Source: Bacillales bacterium
GTDB lineage: Bacteria > Bacillota_I > Bacilli_A > RF39 > UBA660
Direction: 5' to 3'
Assembly (NCBI GenBank): GCA_016282155.1
Contig: JAEEJY010000022.1
Span: forward strand, 58,817-122,816
DNA: 64,000 nucleotides
Shown here: piece by piece, positions 48,509-56,911 of the stretch
How positions within the stretch are numbered: position 1 is the stretch's first letter
Layout of the letters: each line of letters opens with the position of its first letter
Translations under genes and position numbers: made by a program
Notes under the pieces: generated by a model
Database searches by the model: none
The model's input: the letters and a program-made list of their open reading frames with translations, nothing else
Told to the model about the DNA's origin: nothing

Positions 48509-49911
48509 TGGGACCATTCATGAAAGATAAAGATAATACTACTGCAATGATGTTTCGTCTTGTAATAGCATTATTACCAATAGTTATTTATGCCTTTTAT
48601 AAAAATGGTGTAGTGCCATTCTTAAAAGATTATACAGATGTATTTAGAATGTTGTATCCACTAATATTCATCTTAGTAGCAACAGTTTCAACATTTGTAT
48701 TTGAATCTTTATATTTAATTATTTTTGAAAAGAAAAGAAAACTTAAAGATTTTATAGTTGGATCATATTCGTTTATTCCAGGTTTATTCTTGGGATTAAT
48801 CTTACCAATGAATACACCAATACCTATCGTTATAATGGGAGCATTCTTTGCTACTATTATAGGTAAAATGTTATTTGGTGGTTTTGGTAAAAATATCTTT
48901 AATCCAGCTTTAATTGGTAGCTTATTTGTAACAGCTTCATATGCTGCTGTTATCGCAAATAATGGAGGATGTTTAAACCCTTATGAGTTAGATACAATAA
49001 CATCTTCAACACCTTTAGCTCATGCTAGTGTTGTTGAAGGAATCGGTACATATAGAGAATTAGTAGGACCTTACGGAGGATTATTCAATTTCTTTATTGG
49101 TAATACTCCCGGTACTTTAGGTGAAACAAGTAGTATTTTATGTATTATTGCTTTCATCTATTTAACAATAACTAAAACTATTAAATGGCGTATCCCAGCA
49201 ACATATGTATTAACTGTATTCTTAATGACTATGGGAATTGGCTTCTATAATCATGTTGGTATATGGTACCCAGTATTCCAAGTATTAAGTGGTGGACTAT
49301 TATTTGGAGCTGTTTTCATGGCAACAGATCCAGTTACTAGTCCGGTTACAAGAAGTGGACAGGTATTATATGGTGTTATGTTAGGTATCCTAACTGTTGT
49401 ACTTAGATATTTATCTTCATATCCTGAAGGAGTACTTACAAGTATCTTAACTATGAATATGCTAGTATTTATTTTAGATGTAGTAGGTGCAAAAGCTAGA
49501 TTTAAAAAATCTAAATTAATTATTCCAAGTATTGTATTAGTTTTAATAGCAGCTTCTATGACATTTGTTATTGCTAAAGATAAAGGAGAAGTAGATGATA
49601 CTGATCCTAACTTTGAAATAATAGATGTAGCTAAGAATGGTAAAGATGCAACATATGTAGTAGCTGAGAAAGGTTTCTCAAGTAAGATTAAACTTGAAGT
49701 AATTATTAAAAATAATAAGATTACAAGTATTGAAGTACTTGAACAAGATGATTCATTCTTTAGTAAAGTAGAAGATGCAGCATATAATTTAAAATTAATT
49801 AATAAGCAACAAGATTTAGAAAGTTGTGATACTGTATCAGGCGCAACTATATCATCAACAGCAATGAAAAAGGCTGTTATGAATGTTTTGAAAGATTGGG
49901 AGGGTAAATAA
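48508..49911 (+). CDS. rnfD: Rnf subunit D fused to an RnfG-like TM helix plus FMN-binding domain
   Basis: Residues 1 to about 335 are polytopic RnfD, including GGLLFGAVFMATDPVTSP. A TM helix (IIPSIVLVLIAASMTFVIA) and an FMN_bind-like domain ending DTVSGATISSTAMKKAV follow. Confidence 0.85.
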   Translation: MGPFMKDKDNTTAMMFRLVIALLPIVIYAFYKNGVVPFLKDYTDVFRMLYPLIFILVATVSTFVFESLYLIIFEKKRKLKDFIVGSYSFIPGLFLGLILPMNTPIPIVIMGAFFATIIGKMLFGGFGKNIFNPALIGSLFVTASYAAVIANNGGCLNPYELDTITSSTPLAHASVVEGIGTYRELVGPYGGLFNFFIGNTPGTLGETSSILCIIAFIYLTITKTIKWRIPATYVLTVFLMTMGIGFYNHVGIWYPVFQVLSGGLLFGAVFMATDPVTSPVTRSGQVLYGVMLGILTVVLRYLSSYPEGVLTSILTMNMLVFILDVVGAKARFKKSKLIIPSIVLVLIAASMTFVIAKDKGEVDDTDPNFEIIDVAKNGKDATYVVAEKGFSSKIKLEVIIKNNKITSIEVLEQDDSFFSKVEDAAYNLKLINKQQDLESCDTVSGATISSTAMKKAVMNVLKDWEGK

Positions 49912-50012
49912 TGAAAAAGATATTAAAAAGTGTTTTAGTACTTACCCTTACTGCTCTAGCTTGTAGTTTATTATTATATGCTGTTATGAATTTAGTAGGA
50001 GGTAATATATGA
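49911..50012 (+). CDS. 33-aa single-TM micro-protein (absent from the ORF track), resembles an RnfG N-terminal anchor
   Basis: MKKILKSVLVLTLTALACSLLLYAVMNLVGGNI. GGGAGGG SD 6 nt upstream. TAATG overlap with rnfDG and ATGA overlap with rnfE. Confidence 0.5.
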   Translation: MKKILKSVLVLTLTALACSLLLYAVMNLVGGNI

Positions 50013-50653
50013 AAACTATTTTAAATGGAATATTTAAAGAAAATTCTATATTTGTCTTACTATTAGGATTATGTTCTTCTCTTGCGATTACTAATACTTT
50101 AGAGAATGCTTATTTAATGGGAATATGTGTAACAATAGTATTAGTATTTAGCAATTTAGTTGTTTCAATAATCAGAAAACTAGTACCTGACGATGTACGC
50201 ATCCCAACATATATAATTATCGTTGGAACATTCGTTACAATCTTGGAGATAGTTTTAAAAGAATATGTATTTGGTTTATATAAAGCCTTAGGTATATATT
50301 TGCCACTAATCGTTGTTAATTGTATTGTTTTAGGTAGAGCTTTATCGGTAGCAAGTAAAGTTAAACCAGGTAAAGCTGTTCTTGATGGAATAGGTGTAGG
50401 AATAGGGTATATGTTAGCTATTAGTTTAATAGCAATCATAAGAGAGATAGTAGGATCTAATACGATTACTATTATGGATAGCATATCTTCATTTACAGGA
50501 TATAGAATGGTTTATAAAGATATTTTCCCAGTAAATGATATATTCCCAATGAGCATTTTTACAACAAGTACAGGAGCATTTTTAACTCTTGCCTTCTTAA
50601 TGGTTTTATTTAATAAATTAAGAAAGAGAGGTAATAAAAATGAGTCTAATTAG
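50009..50653 (+). CDS. rnfE: Rnf complex subunit E
   Basis: 214 aa. LLLGLCSSLAITN...LGIYLPLIVVNCIVLGRA is typical of RnfE/NqrD. Confidence 0.9.
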   Translation: MKTILNGIFKENSIFVLLLGLCSSLAITNTLENAYLMGICVTIVLVFSNLVVSIIRKLVPDDVRIPTYIIIVGTFVTILEIVLKEYVFGLYKALGIYLPLIVVNCIVLGRALSVASKVKPGKAVLDGIGVGIGYMLAISLIAIIREIVGSNTITIMDSISSFTGYRMVYKDIFPVNDIFPMSIFTTSTGAFLTLAFLMVLFNKLRKRGNKNESN

Positions 50654-51203
50654 TATTTTTATAACAGGACTTCTAACAAGTAATGTTGTCTTAAATAAAT
50701 TTTTAGGTATTTGTCCTTTTATAGGAACAAGTAGAAAAACAAAGAATGCTTTATCAATGGGACTATCTGTTATGCTTGTTGTTACAATCTCAAGTATCTT
50801 AACATATTTAATATATTATTATATTTTAGTTCCTACAGATACAACATATTTAAAAACTATTATGTTTATCTTAGTAATAGCTTCAATGGTTCAATTACTA
50901 GAAATAATTTTAAAAAGATATATTCCTAGTGTTTATAAAGCTTTAGGTTTATATTTACCATTAATCACAACTAACTGTGCTGTATTAGGTATAGCTTTAC
51001 TTAATATAAGTAGTGAATATAATTTTATTGAAATGCTTGTTTATAGTGTATCTGCTTCTTTAGGTTTTACACTTGTTATTTATATTTTTTCAAGTATGCG
51101 TGAAAGAATTGAACAATGTAATGTACCTGAAAGTTTTAAAGGTACACCAATTGCCTTAATAGTAGCTGCTATCATGTCATTAATATTTAGTAGATTTATA
51201 TGA
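50640..51203 (+). CDS. rnfA: Rnf complex subunit A
   Basis: 187 aa. NVVLNKFLGICPFIGTS...LGLYLPLITTNCAVLG is typical of RnfA/NqrE. Confidence 0.9.
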   Translation: MSLISIFITGLLTSNVVLNKFLGICPFIGTSRKTKNALSMGLSVMLVVTISSILTYLIYYYILVPTDTTYLKTIMFILVIASMVQLLEIILKRYIPSVYKALGLYLPLITTNCAVLGIALLNISSEYNFIEMLVYSVSASLGFTLVIYIFSSMRERIEQCNVPESFKGTPIALIVAAIMSLIFSRFI

Positions 51204-51310
51204 TAGCCTATATATTATTAATTAGTTTAATTGTTGTTACATTTATAACATATCGCGTTAATAAATGTAAGCATAACTGTAATACATGCAGTATATGTAG
51301 AAAGGATTAA
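51200..51310 (+). CDS. 36-aa TM plus Cys-rich micro-protein (absent from the ORF track)
   Basis: MIAYILLISLIVVTFITYRVNKCKHNCNTCSICRKD, i.e. one TM helix then Cx3Cx2Cx2C. ATGA overlap with the rnfA stop. Ends 1 nt before the rnfB start. Confidence 0.45.
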   Translation: MIAYILLISLIVVTFITYRVNKCKHNCNTCSICRKD

Positions 51311-51311
51311 C

Positions 51312-51578
51312 ATGATAAGTATTATTATTTTAACAGGAACAGCTCTAATATTAAGTGTTATATTAGTAGTTGTTAATACACTTATAAACAAGGAAGATAA
51401 AAGAGTTAGTGAAATAGAAAAAATGCTTCCAGGACTAAACTGTGGCGGATGTGGCTATGGTTCTTGCAAAGGTATGGCTTGTGAAATATTAAAAAATAGG
51501 GAAGCATACTTAAATTGTCGCCCTTTAAGAGGTGAAAAAAAGGAAGCTTTTATCGAATTTTTAAAAACATTAAAGTAG
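51312..51578 (+). CDS. rnfB: Rnf subunit B, minimal form (TM helix plus N-terminal Fe-S domain, no ferredoxin-type domains)
   Basis: 88 aa. A TM helix, then LPGLNCGGCGYGSCKGMACEIL...LNCRP, which matches the RnfB N-terminal cluster motif. A terminator follows directly. Confidence 0.8.
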   Translation: MISIIILTGTALILSVILVVVNTLINKEDKRVSEIEKMLPGLNCGGCGYGSCKGMACEILKNREAYLNCRPLRGEKKEAFIEFLKTLK

Positions 51579-51601
51579 AAAAAATATTTCTACTTTTTTT
51601 C
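51574..51601 (+). terminator. intrinsic terminator ending the rnf operon
   Basis: AGTAGAAA / TTTCTACT stem and a T7 run. Confidence 0.85.
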
Positions 51602-51653
51602 TTTGAAAATAAAAGGTTTATCTAAATATAAAAATTATTTTTGATTTTTAATA

Positions 51654-51682
51654 TTGATAAAGATAGGAAGTGTTGGTATAAT
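51654..51682 (+). promoter_or_regulatory. near-consensus sigma-A promoter
   Basis: TTGATA (51654-51659), 17 nt, then TATAAT (51677-51682). Confidence 0.7.
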
Positions 51683-51731
51683 TATATTGAAACTAGAAAG
51701 TGTCTAAAAACGTAAAGGAGAGAATAAAGAT

Positions 51732-52985
51732 ATGGCAAAGAAAAATGATAGACGTATTAGAAGAATTAGAACTCTTATTTTAGTATGTGTTCTAACATTA
51801 TCTTCACTTGTTATGTCAGCATACGCATGGTTTATTGGTATGAAAACTGTTAACGTATCGGCATTCGAAGTTGAAGTAGCATCAACAGAAGGCTTATATT
51901 TATCTATGGATGGTGAAAATTGGTCTTACTCATTAGATGCTAAAAATACAGCCGCTTATGTAGGAAATACAAATACTTGGGCTGAAGATGGATTAATTCC
52001 AATGTCAACAATAGGAGAAATGAGCAAAGCTTCATCACGTATGATTTTATTTGAAAAAGGTAGTTTAACTGCAACTAGTGGAGGTTATCGTTTACTTACT
52101 AGTCAAGTAGATAACTCAGCAGCAGAACAAAAAGGTTATGTAGCATTTGACTTATTTGTTAAGAATATTTCTGGTCATGCATATTATGCTGAAGATGATA
52201 TTAAAACAGAAGAAGCTATTTATTTAACAACAAATTCAAAAGTTACAATCGCTCAAAACGGTGGAAAAGCTGGAACTGGTATTGAAAATTCTGTACGTGT
52301 TGCATTTACACAAGTAGGACGTGTTAAAGCTGATACATCAAATGTTGGTACTATTACTGGTATGACTTGTACTACAGCAGGAGCAGTTACAGGTTTATGT
52401 CATTCAGCAAAAATCTGGGAACCAAATGATACTGCTCACGTTCAAAATGCAATTAATTGGTATGATACTTCATGCCGTACAAGAAAAGCAGCAGGAACTG
52501 TTGTAAGTGATCCTGCATCATTCAATTCTGGAACTCATTGTACAGCTGTTAATACTACAAATTTAGTAGAAGGTGCAACTCCTACATATGCAATTAGTAG
52601 AGCATTAAATGTTAATGATAATGTTGATGTATATGATGGAGCTGAATATAATACTTATACAGCTAATACTAAGACATATGCAGAATATCAAGCATTAGTT
52701 GATAAAACAGAAGCTAAATTAGTTAAGTTCCCATACTTTACTGATACTATGAAATTAAAAGAAGGTAATGATCGTCCAACATTTATGACATTAGCACCAA
52801 ATAGTATTACTAAAGTAAGAATATATGTATATATTGAAGGACAAGATATTGATAATTATGATTTCGCATCATTAGGAAATAAGATTTCAATTAACTTTGG
52901 ATTCACTAAAGAAAGATATATTGAAAGTGATGTTGATTATAATGGACCTGCTTTACCAGCAACAAATCCTTCAGTAGCAGATTAA
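51732..52985 (+). CDS. secreted protein with a TasA/camelysin (SipW-type) style signal peptide; candidate fibre or surface subunit
   Basis: MAKKNDRRIRRIRTLILVCVLTLSSLVMSAYA/WFIGMKTVNVSAFEVEV: basic n-region, h-region, AYA then WF. Four Cys in the mature part. Strong AAAGGAGAG SD. Own promoter and terminator. Confidence 0.5.
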   Translation: MAKKNDRRIRRIRTLILVCVLTLSSLVMSAYAWFIGMKTVNVSAFEVEVASTEGLYLSMDGENWSYSLDAKNTAAYVGNTNTWAEDGLIPMSTIGEMSKASSRMILFEKGSLTATSGGYRLLTSQVDNSAAEQKGYVAFDLFVKNISGHAYYAEDDIKTEEAIYLTTNSKVTIAQNGGKAGTGIENSVRVAFTQVGRVKADTSNVGTITGMTCTTAGAVTGLCHSAKIWEPNDTAHVQNAINWYDTSCRTRKAAGTVVSDPASFNSGTHCTAVNTTNLVEGATPTYAISRALNVNDNVDVYDGAEYNTYTANTKTYAEYQALVDKTEAKLVKFPYFTDTMKLKEGNDRPTFMTLAPNSITKVRIYVYIEGQDIDNYDFASLGNKISINFGFTKERYIESDVDYNGPALPATNPSVAD

Positions 52986-52991
52986 TAAATA

Positions 52992-53022
52992 AAGAAGAAT
53001 TTATCAAAAATTCTTCTTTTTT
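52992..53022 (+). terminator. intrinsic terminator
   Basis: GAAGAATTT / AAATTCTTC 9-bp stem and a T-run. Confidence 0.85.
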
Positions 53023-53058
53023 GTTGCAAAATATGATATACTTTAAGTGGTGATATTG

Positions 53059-53472
53059 ATGGATGAATTAAATGTAACATTTAGCTCTATAGACAGTAAT
53101 GTAACATTAAGCGATGCTTTAAAAGAAAATTTTAAAGCTTTAATCACAATCTTTCATCAAAATTTTAAAGAAGTTAGTTTAGCTAACTTTAATGAAAGAA
53201 TAAAAGGATTAGAGATTAAAAAGGGAAATAAATATATTGTTAAGGATGCAGTTTTATATAATCCTAAAGAAAACGCAATATATTTAAATGAAGATAAGCT
53301 AAATAAGTCTGATGCTAAACATGAATTGATGTTTGCAATCTTAACTATAATATCTAGTAAAGATAATGGTTATGGTTTTGATACAGATGGACAATTAAAA
53401 GTACTTAATGTCGGCCTTGCCGAAATTTTAACTAATTTTTTAGTTGGAAATGAGAGTGAAGAGCATGAATAG
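53059..53472 (+). CDS. hypothetical protein (137 aa)
   Basis: GGTGA SD 5 nt upstream. Extended -10 TGaTATACT at 53034-53042. Contains HELMF where a HExxH motif might be expected. Confidence 0.55.
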   Translation: MDELNVTFSSIDSNVTLSDALKENFKALITIFHQNFKEVSLANFNERIKGLEIKKGNKYIVKDAVLYNPKENAIYLNEDKLNKSDAKHELMFAILTIISSKDNGYGFDTDGQLKVLNVGLAEILTNFLVGNESEEHE

Positions 53473-53860
53473 AGAAAAAGCTGCTAATATAACAAATTTA
53501 GTATTAGGGTCTATAATTTCTGTAGATGGAGCAGTTACTGCTTTCTTTAATAATGACCCAGAACCTATTAAGAGAGCAATTGCGACTAAATCAAAAGACG
53601 CAAGTGAAGTATTAAAAGCAATTCAGAAAGGTAATTATGAGATTGAAAATGATCAACTACTAAGCAGAGAAAGTAACTACGGAGAAGTTCAGAAAACTAT
53701 AGTTGAACAGTTAATAACTCCTGAAAATGCAGAATTCATGACAACTAATATTATAAATAGCGAAGAGGTATTAGGAGAACCAGCTCCTGAACTTACTAGC
53801 GCTAGTGAATTTATAAATGGTGTTAGACAACAAAATATCGGAATGGAAATTATAAAATAG
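53465..53860 (+). CDS. hypothetical protein (131 aa)
   Basis: The ATG overlaps the upstream stop (ATGAATAG). No motif recognised. Confidence 0.5.
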   Translation: MNREKAANITNLVLGSIISVDGAVTAFFNNDPEPIKRAIATKSKDASEVLKAIQKGNYEIENDQLLSRESNYGEVQKTIVEQLITPENAEFMTTNIINSEEVLGEPAPELTSASEFINGVRQQNIGMEIIK

Positions 53861-53870
53861 AGGTGTAATT

Positions 53871-55520
53871 ATGAATGAATATAAAATCTTAGCAGATTTA
53901 ATATTCCCAGATGTTACGCTAACAGTAGAAGACTATGAAAAGAAATATCCCTGTAGAGATTTGGATGAAAAAGCGATAGTATCAAGATATGCTCCAAGTC
54001 CTACGGGATTTATTCATATTGGTGCTTTGTTAGCAACATTTACAAGTAGTACATTTGCAAGACAAACTAATGGGAAATTTTATCTAAGAATTGAAGATAC
54101 AGATACAAAAAGAACTATTGATAACGGAATCAATAAAATTATTGATGGTTTAAAAGAATATGATATTACTTTTGATGAAGGACCAACTAGTGAAACTGAA
54201 GAAGTAGGAGCTTACGGACCATATATTCAAAGTAATAGACGTGAAATATATCACGCATTTATCAAGAGACTAATTGAAGAAGGAAAAGCATATCCATGTT
54301 TCTGTAGTCCTGAAGAACTAGAAGAATTAAGAGAATATCAAACAAAGAAAAAAATGCGTATCGGATATTACGGACACAGTGCTAAATGTCGTAATATTAG
54401 TCCTGATGAAGCTATTGAAAGAATTAAGAATGGTGAAAAATATATTATTCGTTTAAAATCACCAGGAAATTTTGAAAATAAAGTTAAGTTTAATGATGTT
54501 ATTAGAGGCCAAATTGAAATGCCAGAAAATGATATTGATATCGTTATTATGAAAAGTGATGGTCTTCCAACATATCATTTTGCACATTTAGTTGATGATC
54601 ATTTAATGCATACAACTCATGTTATAAGAGGTGATGAGTGGTTAGCAAGTTTACCACTTCATGTACAATTATTTGAAATGTTTGGGTATAAACCTCCAAA
54701 ATATTGTCATATTTCACCACTTATGAAAAATGAAAATGGTGTTGTAAGAAAATTATCAAAACGTAAAGATCCAGAATGTGCAGCTAGTTTCTATCATGAA
54801 CTTGGAATTCCTCAAGAAGCTGTAATGCTTTATTTAGCAACAATTACAAATTCTAATTTTGAGGAATGGTATAATCAAAATCAAGAAAAATCATACAAAG
54901 ACTTTAAATTTGAATTTAGTAAAATGAATAAGTCTGGAGCTTTATTTGATATGGATAAATTAAATAATATATCTAAAATATATATAAGTAGATTAAAAGC
55001 TACTGATTTATATGAAAGAGCTCTTAAGTATTATCAAGAATTTGATCAAGATTTCTATAACTTATTACTAAATAATAAAGAATATAGTATTAATTTATTA
55101 AATATTGAAAGAGAAGTACCAAAACCAAGAAAAGATATCGCTAATTATTCAGATATTAAAAAAGAATTCTGGTACATGTATGATGAATTATTTAATCCTA
55201 CAGAATACGAATTCAAAAATATTACTGATGAAGAAGAAATTAAGACTATCTTAAACACATATATGGAAAAATACTATACTGATGTTAAAGAAGAATGGTT
55301 CAGTAAAGTAAAAGAATTATGTGATGAATTAGGATATGCTAGTGATATGAAAGCATATAAATTAAATCCAGAAAACTATAAAGGAAATGTCGCTGATGTT
55401 TCAACAGTTTTAAGAGTTGCTTTAACAAGTAAAGCTATGACTCCAGATTTATATGAATTAATGCATTTATTAGGTAAAGAAAGAATATTAAATAGATATA
55501 ATAAATTGACTAATAAGTAG
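53871..55520 (+). CDS. gltX: glutamate--tRNA ligase (long form)
   Basis: 549 aa. RYAPSPTGFIHIGA (HIGH-type), DGLPTYHFAHLVDDHLM, RGDEWL, and KLSKRK (KMSKS). Confidence 0.9.
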   Translation: MNEYKILADLIFPDVTLTVEDYEKKYPCRDLDEKAIVSRYAPSPTGFIHIGALLATFTSSTFARQTNGKFYLRIEDTDTKRTIDNGINKIIDGLKEYDITFDEGPTSETEEVGAYGPYIQSNRREIYHAFIKRLIEEGKAYPCFCSPEELEELREYQTKKKMRIGYYGHSAKCRNISPDEAIERIKNGEKYIIRLKSPGNFENKVKFNDVIRGQIEMPENDIDIVIMKSDGLPTYHFAHLVDDHLMHTTHVIRGDEWLASLPLHVQLFEMFGYKPPKYCHISPLMKNENGVVRKLSKRKDPECAASFYHELGIPQEAVMLYLATITNSNFEEWYNQNQEKSYKDFKFEFSKMNKSGALFDMDKLNNISKIYISRLKATDLYERALKYYQEFDQDFYNLLLNNKEYSINLLNIEREVPKPRKDIANYSDIKKEFWYMYDELFNPTEYEFKNITDEEEIKTILNTYMEKYYTDVKEEWFSKVKELCDELGYASDMKAYKLNPENYKGNVADVSTVLRVALTSKAMTPDLYELMHLLGKERILNRYNKLTNK

Positions 55521-55577
55521 AAAAGTGCTATATTTTAGTTGTAAGAACTTTACTTAATAAGTTAAAATTAAGTTAAG

Positions 55578-55605
55578 AAACCCACTTTTAGTGGGTTTTG
55601 TTTTG
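55578..55605 (+). terminator. intrinsic terminator after gltX
   Basis: AAACCCAC / GTGGGTTT stem and a T-run. Confidence 0.85.
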
Positions 55606-55613
55606 GGGAATAC

Positions 55614-55641
55614 TTGATTTTTATCTATGTTATGTTATAAT
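55614..55641 (+). promoter_or_regulatory. sigma-A promoter of the pheST leader
   Basis: TTGATT (55614-55619), 16 nt with TG at 55633-55634, then TATAAT (55636-55641). Confidence 0.65.
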
Positions 55642-55647
55642 ACTTTT

Positions 55648-55856
55648 AGCAATGAAGAGGCATAGTAGTGATGAAATACTTATAGAGAGTTAACGGTTGG
55701 TGGAAGTTAATAGGAAATAGTCATGAATTCACCTTGGAGCTTTGTAAAAGAAAATTTACAACGGTAACGCGTTATAGTTTCAAGGCTATTGTTAGATAGT
55801 AAATTAAGGTGGTACCGCGACTTTTCGCCCTTATAGGGTGATTAGTCGTTTTTTTA
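55648..55856 (+). promoter_or_regulatory. T-box leader with Phe (UUC) specifier and intrinsic terminator
   Basis: AGTA box, AGAGAG...GGTTGGTGGAAG distal motifs, specifier TGAA-TTC-A (TTC at 55728-55730), GCGTTA, T-box GGTGGTACCGCG (55808-55819). Terminator CGACT...AGTCG (55818-55848) plus a T7 run. Confidence 0.9.
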
Positions 55857-55873
55857 TTTTAAGGAGGATAAAT

Positions 55874-56911
55874 ATGGAAGAATTACTAAAAAGTTTAGAA
55901 GAAAAAATAGTTAATGTTACTAATATAAATGAACTTAACGAATTAAAAGCAGAATATTTAGGTAAAAAGGGTTCTATTAGTGCTTTATCTAGTAAAATGG
56001 GAGAATTATCTATCGAAGAAAAGAAAACTTATGGTATGAAATTAAATGAAATTCGTACAAAAGCTGAATCTTTAATTGAAGAAAAAAGAAAGGCTATGGA
56101 AAAAGCTATTTTAGATGAAAAATTAGCTAAAGAATCAATTGATATTTCTTTACCAGCTACTAAGGTAACAGCGGGTTCTCCTAATATACTTGAAAAAGTA
56201 ATTGAAGAAGTAGAAGAATTATTTATGTCAATGGGTTATGATGTTGTAGATGGTCCAGAAGTAGAAGAAGATAGATATAACTTTGAACTTTTAAATATTC
56301 CAAAGGGACATGCGGCTAGAGATGCTCAAGATACATTCTATTTAAAAGATGATGAAATACTTTTAAGAAGTCAAACTTCAGGAGTACAAGCTAGAGTTAT
56401 GCTTGCTCATGAAGGAAAAGAACCAATTCGTATGATTTGTCCAGGTAAAACATATCGTCGTGATGATGATGATGCAACTCATTCACATCAATTCATGCAA
56501 ATTGAAGGTTTACTTGTAGATACAGAAGATATATCTTTATGTGATTTAAAAGGGACTTTTGAAACAGCTGCTAAAAAATTATTTGGTAACGATACAACTA
56601 CTAGATTTAGACCTAGTTATTATCAATTTACAGAACCTTCTGTTGAAATGGATATTTCATGTTTTAACTGTAAGGGTAAAGGATGTAATATTTGTAAACA
56701 AACAGGTTGGATTACAGTAGGTGGAGCAGGTATGGTTCATCCTAATGTACTTAATATGTGCGGTTATGATGCTAATAAATGGCATGGTTTTGCTTTCGGT
56801 TTTGGAGCAGAAAGACTTGCGATGCTTAAATATGGTGTTAATGATTTAAGAGCGTTCTATAACGTTGATTTAAGAGAAGTTAAGAACTTTGATAGAAGGG
56901 AGGAAAACTAG
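55874..56911 (+). CDS. pheS: phenylalanine--tRNA ligase alpha subunit
   Basis: AAGGAGG SD upstream of ATG 55874. Class II motifs, FRPSYYQFTEPS, and GFAFGFGAERLAMLKYG. Confidence 0.95.
   Translation: MEELLKSLEEKIVNVTNINELNELKAEYLGKKGSISALSSKMGELSIEEKKTYGMKLNEIRTKAESLIEEKRKAMEKAILDEKLAKESIDISLPATKVTAGSPNILEKVIEEVEELFMSMGYDVVDGPEVEEDRYNFELLNIPKGHAARDAQDTFYLKDDEILLRSQTSGVQARVMLAHEGKEPIRMICPGKTYRRDDDDATHSHQFMQIEGLLVDTEDISLCDLKGTFETAAKKLFGNDTTTRFRPSYYQFTEPSVEMDISCFNCKGKGCNICKQTGWITVGGAGMVHPNVLNMCGYDANKWHGFAFGFGAERLAMLKYGVNDLRAFYNVDLREVKNFDRREEN

Noticed and set aside
53444-53472. Possible frameshifted pseudogene joining ORFs 53047-53472 and 53444-53860
   Set aside because: There is no homopolymer or slippery site in the overlap. 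The ATGAATAG start/stop overlap is a normal coupling arrangement seen elsewhere in this window.
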